A stretch of DNA of 64,000 bases, taken from positions 27,140 to 91,139 of IMG/VR virus record IMGVR_UViG_3300017717_002521. One strand, 5' to 3'. How positions within the stretch are numbered: the stretch's first letter is position 1; the number at the start of each line of letters is the position of its first letter. Positions 59,607 to 64,000 of the stretch are shown here, in pieces. Below the pieces are notes generated by a model. It saw only the letters and a program-made list of their open reading frames with translations. It made no database searches and was not told the origin of the DNA. Both the position numbers and the translations under genes were made by a program. The DNA comes from a virus.

Positions 59607-59638
59607 TTATTCTGAGCTATTTATAATAAAATTATATA

Positions 59639-61468
59639 ATGAAAGGAACATTATTTTCAGCAGATTTTGTATTCGATTCGTCGAATAATGCTAGGTTATT
59701 AGAAATTAATACTGATACTTCTTTAACTACCCCCGGTAATGAAAATTTAGATTTTACAGATTTTGGCACTGTTTTATCAGATAGCTCTCTGGATACTCTT
59801 CATATTATCTTTAAGCCTTTTCACCAACTAATAGTAGATAAATTAGTAGATTTTGTAAATAATAATGTTTCAAACATTACTACAATAACATTTCAAGAAG
59901 AAGAAACATGTTCGCTTTATGTAGGTGCAGTTGAAGATGCTAGTAATAAGTTTATACTTAGAATGGCTTACGATGAAGCAGCTATATTAGATTCTGAATA
60001 CGCTAAATCTGAAATAAAATTATATAGTTTATTCAATACTAATAGTGATTTAGATTCTTTACCTCCCTCTTATCATTCTTCTTCTGTTCACGGTATAATA
60101 GATACTATTTCTCAATCGTTTAATGACCCTAATATTCCTGACTTTGTTAAAAAAACTGAAAACGCATCTGGAGCTACTTTATTATCTATAGGATTCTTAA
60201 AAGCAGGTCTTCCGGAAACAGGATCAGATTATAGACTTAATACTTTAATAGAAGAACAAAAAAAAGAAGATGTATTAATATCTAATTTTTTACCCAACCT
60301 ATCAGGTTCTTATACTACTTCAGTAAGATCTATGCAAATAGTATATGGTAATGATTTAGATTTATGTTTTGTTGGTGAACATCAACAAGTTTCTTTATTT
60401 GATATTCCTTCTTCTATTACTACTGGGAGTCTTGACGGTTCTGACAAAGTCTCTCACGAGGTCCATCAAAAACACAGACACGAATTTACAACGAATCATC
60501 CTAAGTATAAGGGAGGTTTAATTAAAACTACTAATATTCTCAGCTCATCAGGTGATGCGTTTAATATTCAAACACTTAACTCTGGATCTGATTACTTTTA
60601 CCAATCTTACTTTGTATCTGGTTCTCCGGATACTGATGCTGTAACTGAACTTAACGATTGGTTTTACTCAGGATCTAACTTTCCTTCAGGTTCCTATTTG
60701 ACTTCTTCTAATGTAATTTTAGTAGAAGAAAACCTTAATCCTGATTTAGACATATACAAATTAGAATTAGAATCTGGTGATACTTTCTTATTAGGAAGTG
60801 TATCTTTATTACCGGTATTAGATACTGGCTCTAATGTAATTACTTGGAAATCTACTGAAAAAGTTTTACCCGGTAATAAAGTATTTGACGAGAATAATAC
60901 TTCCTATTCAGTAGTTTCTAATACTTATCAAATTTCTGATACTAATGGGGAATATGATCTTTATCAACCTAATATGGAAGTAATAGATACTTATATACTT
61001 AAAGGCTCTAGTATGAATTTATTAGTTCATAACCCCTTTGGAGCGGGTAGAGGAGGATGCTTTATTAAAGGTACTGAAATTACTTTACCTAACGGTGATA
61101 ATAAAGCTATAGAAGATATAACTCAAGGTGAGGAAATATTAACTCACAATCATGATTCCGGATTAGACGAAGTAGGTGTAGTAGGTTTTATAGAAACTCT
61201 AGAAGCAAATAAAATAATTAAGATAACTACGGATGGTAAACATACAAAGGAAATTACCTGCACCCTTGAACATCCTTTTTATGCTAATGGTAAGTATATC
61301 CAAGCAGAATATTTAGAAGTTATGGATCTATTGCATACAAATTATGGTGAGGATGTATTTATAAGCAAAGTAGAAATTTTAGACGAAACTCATACAGTCT
61401 ATAATTTAAGAGACGTATCTGATAACCATAACTTTTATGCTAACAACATATTAGTTCATAATAAATAA
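59639..61468 (+). CDS. ATP-grasp-like N-terminal domain fused to two tandem Hint domains
   Basis: ADF...LLEINTD; Hint1 GLIKTTNI...LLVHN; linker PFGAGRGG; Hint2 CFIKGT...TLEHPF...VYNL...NFYANNILVHNK. Confidence 0.75.
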   Translation: MKGTLFSADFVFDSSNNARLLEINTDTSLTTPGNENLDFTDFGTVLSDSSLDTLHIIFKPFHQLIVDKLVDFVNNNVSNITTITFQEEETCSLYVGAVEDASNKFILRMAYDEAAILDSEYAKSEIKLYSLFNTNSDLDSLPPSYHSSSVHGIIDTISQSFNDPNIPDFVKKTENASGATLLSIGFLKAGLPETGSDYRLNTLIEEQKKEDVLISNFLPNLSGSYTTSVRSMQIVYGNDLDLCFVGEHQQVSLFDIPSSITTGSLDGSDKVSHEVHQKHRHEFTTNHPKYKGGLIKTTNILSSSGDAFNIQTLNSGSDYFYQSYFVSGSPDTDAVTELNDWFYSGSNFPSGSYLTSSNVILVEENLNPDLDIYKLELESGDTFLLGSVSLLPVLDTGSNVITWKSTEKVLPGNKVFDENNTSYSVVSNTYQISDTNGEYDLYQPNMEVIDTYILKGSSMNLLVHNPFGAGRGGCFIKGTEITLPNGDNKAIEDITQGEEILTHNHDSGLDEVGVVGFIETLEANKIIKITTDGKHTKEITCTLEHPFYANGKYIQAEYLEVMDLLHTNYGEDVFISKVEILDETHTVYNLRDVSDNHNFYANNILVHNK

Positions 61469-61471
61469 ACT

Positions 61472-61603
61472 ATGGCAATTTATAGAGAAAAAACTTCATT
61501 TGAAGTACAAAATAAACCAGTTCATCCTATTACTGCTGACCAGAAGACTAAAGTTCGTGCAATTGTTACAAATTTTATTACATACTTGAAAGCTTCTATT
61601 TAA
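61472..61603 (+). CDS. small hypothetical protein (43 aa)
   Basis: MAIYREK...LKASI; fills the gap between the Hint gene and the oxygenase. Confidence 0.55.
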   Translation: MAIYREKTSFEVQNKPVHPITADQKTKVRAIVTNFITYLKASI

Positions 61604-61607
61604 TTAA

Positions 61608-62105
61608 ATGTTAAAGGTTATAGATAATTTTCTTTCAGAAGAAATTTGTAATAAAATTATAAAAGATAATTTATCCAATTTTAAACCTATTCCTGAACTA
61701 CCTCATGTTAGAAGATGTACTTCTAAGTTTATAGAGGCCCCTAAAATTAGAGAAGAACTTATATTTATAGTTAACGAAATAAGAAAAGATCTTACTGTAG
61801 ATTCTACTTTCGAATTTATTCAATACAGTAAAGATGACCATTTTGAATGGCATAACGACGTTAGATTAAATAATCCTAAAACCGAAACTATTTCAGCTAT
61901 TATATTATTAAACAATAATTTTAAGGGGGGTGATTTGCTATATAGAGAAAATTTAAAGATAACTAAATCTAACATTAATGTTGGTTCTTTAATTATTTTT
62001 CCTTCTAAATTGCAACACAAAGTTAATAAAATTACAGAAGGTTTTAGATATAGTTTATGCTGCTGGTTCTATAAAGACAATACTAAATTTAAATCAATAA
62101 TATAG
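61608..62105 (+). CDS. 2OG-Fe(II) oxygenase
   Basis: WHND, FKGGDL, FPS..QHKV, G.RYSL. Confidence 0.9.
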   Translation: MLKVIDNFLSEEICNKIIKDNLSNFKPIPELPHVRRCTSKFIEAPKIREELIFIVNEIRKDLTVDSTFEFIQYSKDDHFEWHNDVRLNNPKTETISAIILLNNNFKGGDLLYRENLKITKSNINVGSLIIFPSKLQHKVNKITEGFRYSLCCWFYKDNTKFKSII

Positions 62106-62119
62106 CTTATAGGTTTCAT

Positions 62120-62908
62120 ATGAACGTCGCTATTATAGTTTGGGGGTTTTATAGACAGTTTGATGCTGCTGTAGAATTCTGGGATGAGAGTTATTCTGAA
62201 TATAACCCTGATTATTTTTTTTCTATATGGGAGGATAGTATGGAAAAATGTACTCTAACTGGTTTTAACTTTGATATTAGAAAAAAAGCTACTAGAAAAG
62301 ACATTACTAAACACTACCCAGATGCTAATATAAATATATTTAAAAATAAAGCTTGTAAATTAGTTGCTGCTGAAAGAATATGGTTTTTATTAGAAAAAGC
62401 AGTCGACTCTATTCTTGAAAGTAATAAGAAATATGACGTTATTATAGTTAAACGAGCTGATGCATTTGAATGGAGAGATTACAAAATAACTGACAATTTA
62501 AAAAATAATACAATCTATACTTACCAAGGTAGACAGAGAGATTCTTATGGGAACCCACATTACGATTTTGGGGATATTTTCTTTTATGGTCGTAGTGATA
62601 GTATGGTTAAATTTATTAAAGGTTTTGTTAACTCTAAATATCTTAAACTAAAAGATGAATTTTGCCCACACAAAAGCCCAGATCAGTTCTTATGGGAATC
62701 AGATTTAGATATAGAGATATTTCCTGGCAATCATCATGAGCAATTAGTTCGCCCTATACACTTATTTATGTTTCCTTCTAATAAACCTATTAAAGAGTTT
62801 TTAGATGAGAATGCATGGATGTTTAATGGGTTAGAAGGACTATGGCATTATATTAGAACAAATAGAAGACAGTACTACTTTATTAGTGAGGACGAAATAG
62901 GAGAATAA
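62120..62908 (+). CDS. glycan-modification-associated hypothetical (related to 46863)
   Basis: VAIIVWG..R, FSIW, YDVIIVKRAD, DIFFYG. Confidence 0.55.
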   Translation: MNVAIIVWGFYRQFDAAVEFWDESYSEYNPDYFFSIWEDSMEKCTLTGFNFDIRKKATRKDITKHYPDANINIFKNKACKLVAAERIWFLLEKAVDSILESNKKYDVIIVKRADAFEWRDYKITDNLKNNTIYTYQGRQRDSYGNPHYDFGDIFFYGRSDSMVKFIKGFVNSKYLKLKDEFCPHKSPDQFLWESDLDIEIFPGNHHEQLVRPIHLFMFPSNKPIKEFLDENAWMFNGLEGLWHYIRTNRRQYYFISEDEIGE

Positions 62909-62909
62909 G

Positions 62910-62940
62910 TAGATAGTCTGAAATATTTTTCGTATATTAT
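62910..62940 (+). promoter_or_regulatory. class 1 promoter
   Basis: TAG-N20-TATATTAT. Confidence 0.6.
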
Positions 62941-62956
62941 AATAAACATAAAAATT

Positions 62957-63145
62957 ATGAATGAGTTATATTACATTGCCGAATCAAAAATGAATTCAAG
63001 AATTTCAGCTACTATTATGGAAGGGGAACCTATAAGAGTAGATAATATCGTTTACGAGAGACTATGGAAGCGACCAGTTTATCGTAGTGAGAAACAAAGA
63101 TTAGTTAATACTGATCAAACTGAAAGGATAATTCTTTTCAATTAA
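62957..63145 (+). CDS. hypothetical protein
   Basis: ORF track. Confidence 0.5.
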   Translation: MNELYYIAESKMNSRISATIMEGEPIRVDNIVYERLWKRPVYRSEKQRLVNTDQTERIILFN

Positions 63146-63148
63146 AAG

Positions 63149-63179
63149 TTGGCTTACTGAGATATATTTCGTATATTAA
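63149..63179 (+). promoter_or_regulatory. class 1 promoter
   Basis: TTG-N20-TATATTAA. Confidence 0.7.
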
Positions 63180-63208
63180 GGTATAATAAAAAAGTAAAAA
63201 TAAAGGTT

Positions 63209-64000
63209 ATGACAAAATTAGAAATTATTACTCAAAAAGTTAAACAACTTGAAGATCAATTAGATGCTATTGACTACAGGTATGATAATTTACGTTTTAG
63301 ACGTAAACAAGAAACTATTAGAACTTTTAAAAAGTATATGACTCCTGATATTGAAGATATTACTGCTAAAAGAATAGATGATAGAAGAATGGAATTTAGA
63401 TTACTTTCAGATGAATATGCTTCTGTTACTATCGAAAGAATTAATGTTGAAGATATAGAAAGATCTTCTTGGGATGATACTTTAGTTGATTTTAAAGCTT
63501 ACTCTAATGGACTTTCATTGAAAAATGTAGAAGATCTTAAAAAAAGATCAGAATTGCAAGTTAAATTAGCTGAGCAGTTTGAAGACTTTAAAGATGATAT
63601 GATTGCTGAAGTTAATACTTTGCAAGAGAAATATGATGGATGGAAAAAGTCTGTTAGTGATTTAAGAAAACCTATTACTGATGTACTTAGACCTATGCAA
63701 TCTGAAATGAGTAAATTGCAACAAGAAGCTTTAGAAAATCAGTTGTTGAAAGGTATTACTCTTAAAAAAGAAACTTCTAGATGGCATGGAGCTAAATATC
63801 CTAGCGTAAGAGTTAAGTTTGATCATGAGATTAATAACGTAAAGAAAATTAAAGTATTAAGATTTTCTTCTACTAAAAAATCTGCTGACCTTGAATTAAC
63901 TCGAGAATGGAAAGGATACGAAGGAGATGTAATGGAAGATATTCAAACTATCGATAGAGTTAGAGTAGATAACTTTAGATCAGATATAAAACGTAACTTA
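63209..64000 (+). CDS. coiled-coil hypothetical protein, 3'-truncated by window edge
   Basis: ATG after AGGTT; frame open to the window end. Confidence 0.65.
   Translation, partial: MTKLEIITQKVKQLEDQLDAIDYRYDNLRFRRKQETIRTFKKYMTPDIEDITAKRIDDRRMEFRLLSDEYASVTIERINVEDIERSSWDDTLVDFKAYSNGLSLKNVEDLKKRSELQVKLAEQFEDFKDDMIAEVNTLQEKYDGWKKSVSDLRKPITDVLRPMQSEMSKLQQEALENQLLKGITLKKETSRWHGAKYPSVRVKFDHEINNVKKIKVLRFSSTKKSADLELTREWKGYEGDVMEDIQTIDRVRVDNFRSDIKRNL

Noticed and set aside
61058-61468. Classical mobile intein
   Set aside because: No endonuclease domain, and the C-extein is a single Lys with no Cys/Ser/Thr +1; fits an auto-processing Hint domain instead

Overview
AT-rich, gene-dense window in which every credible gene is on the + strand. 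It looks like part of a large lytic phage infecting a Bacteroidota (probably Flavobacteriia) host. Host clues are TTG-N19/20-TAnnTT promoters, signal peptides with Gln at +1, and Flavobacterium-like accessory genes. Contents in order: (1) a 7-deazaguanine DNA-modification region (queD, queE, folE, bimodular queF, a TGT-fold DpdA-like gene, a PurN-like formyltransferase, a PRTase, two P-loop kinases, a MazG-like pyrophosphatase) followed by a family A DNA polymerase; (2) a TonB-dependent receptor with a secreted S1/P1 nuclease; (3) hsp20-groES-groEL; (4) an envelope module with CsgG-like, cohesin/dockerin-like and acidic-stalk beta-barrel proteins; (5) a lysis cassette; (6) a ~14 kb glycosylation cluster containing a RuBisCO-like protein; (7) an ATP-grasp-like protein fused to two tandem Hint domains. 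The strongest unexplained signals are a preQ1-I-riboswitch-like RNA forming the folE leader, a twin-Hint architecture bracketing the octapeptide PFGAGRGG, and a shared C-terminal [K/R]-x-hydrophobic-hydrophobic tag on scattered modification enzymes. All calls come from motif recognition by eye; no database searches were run.
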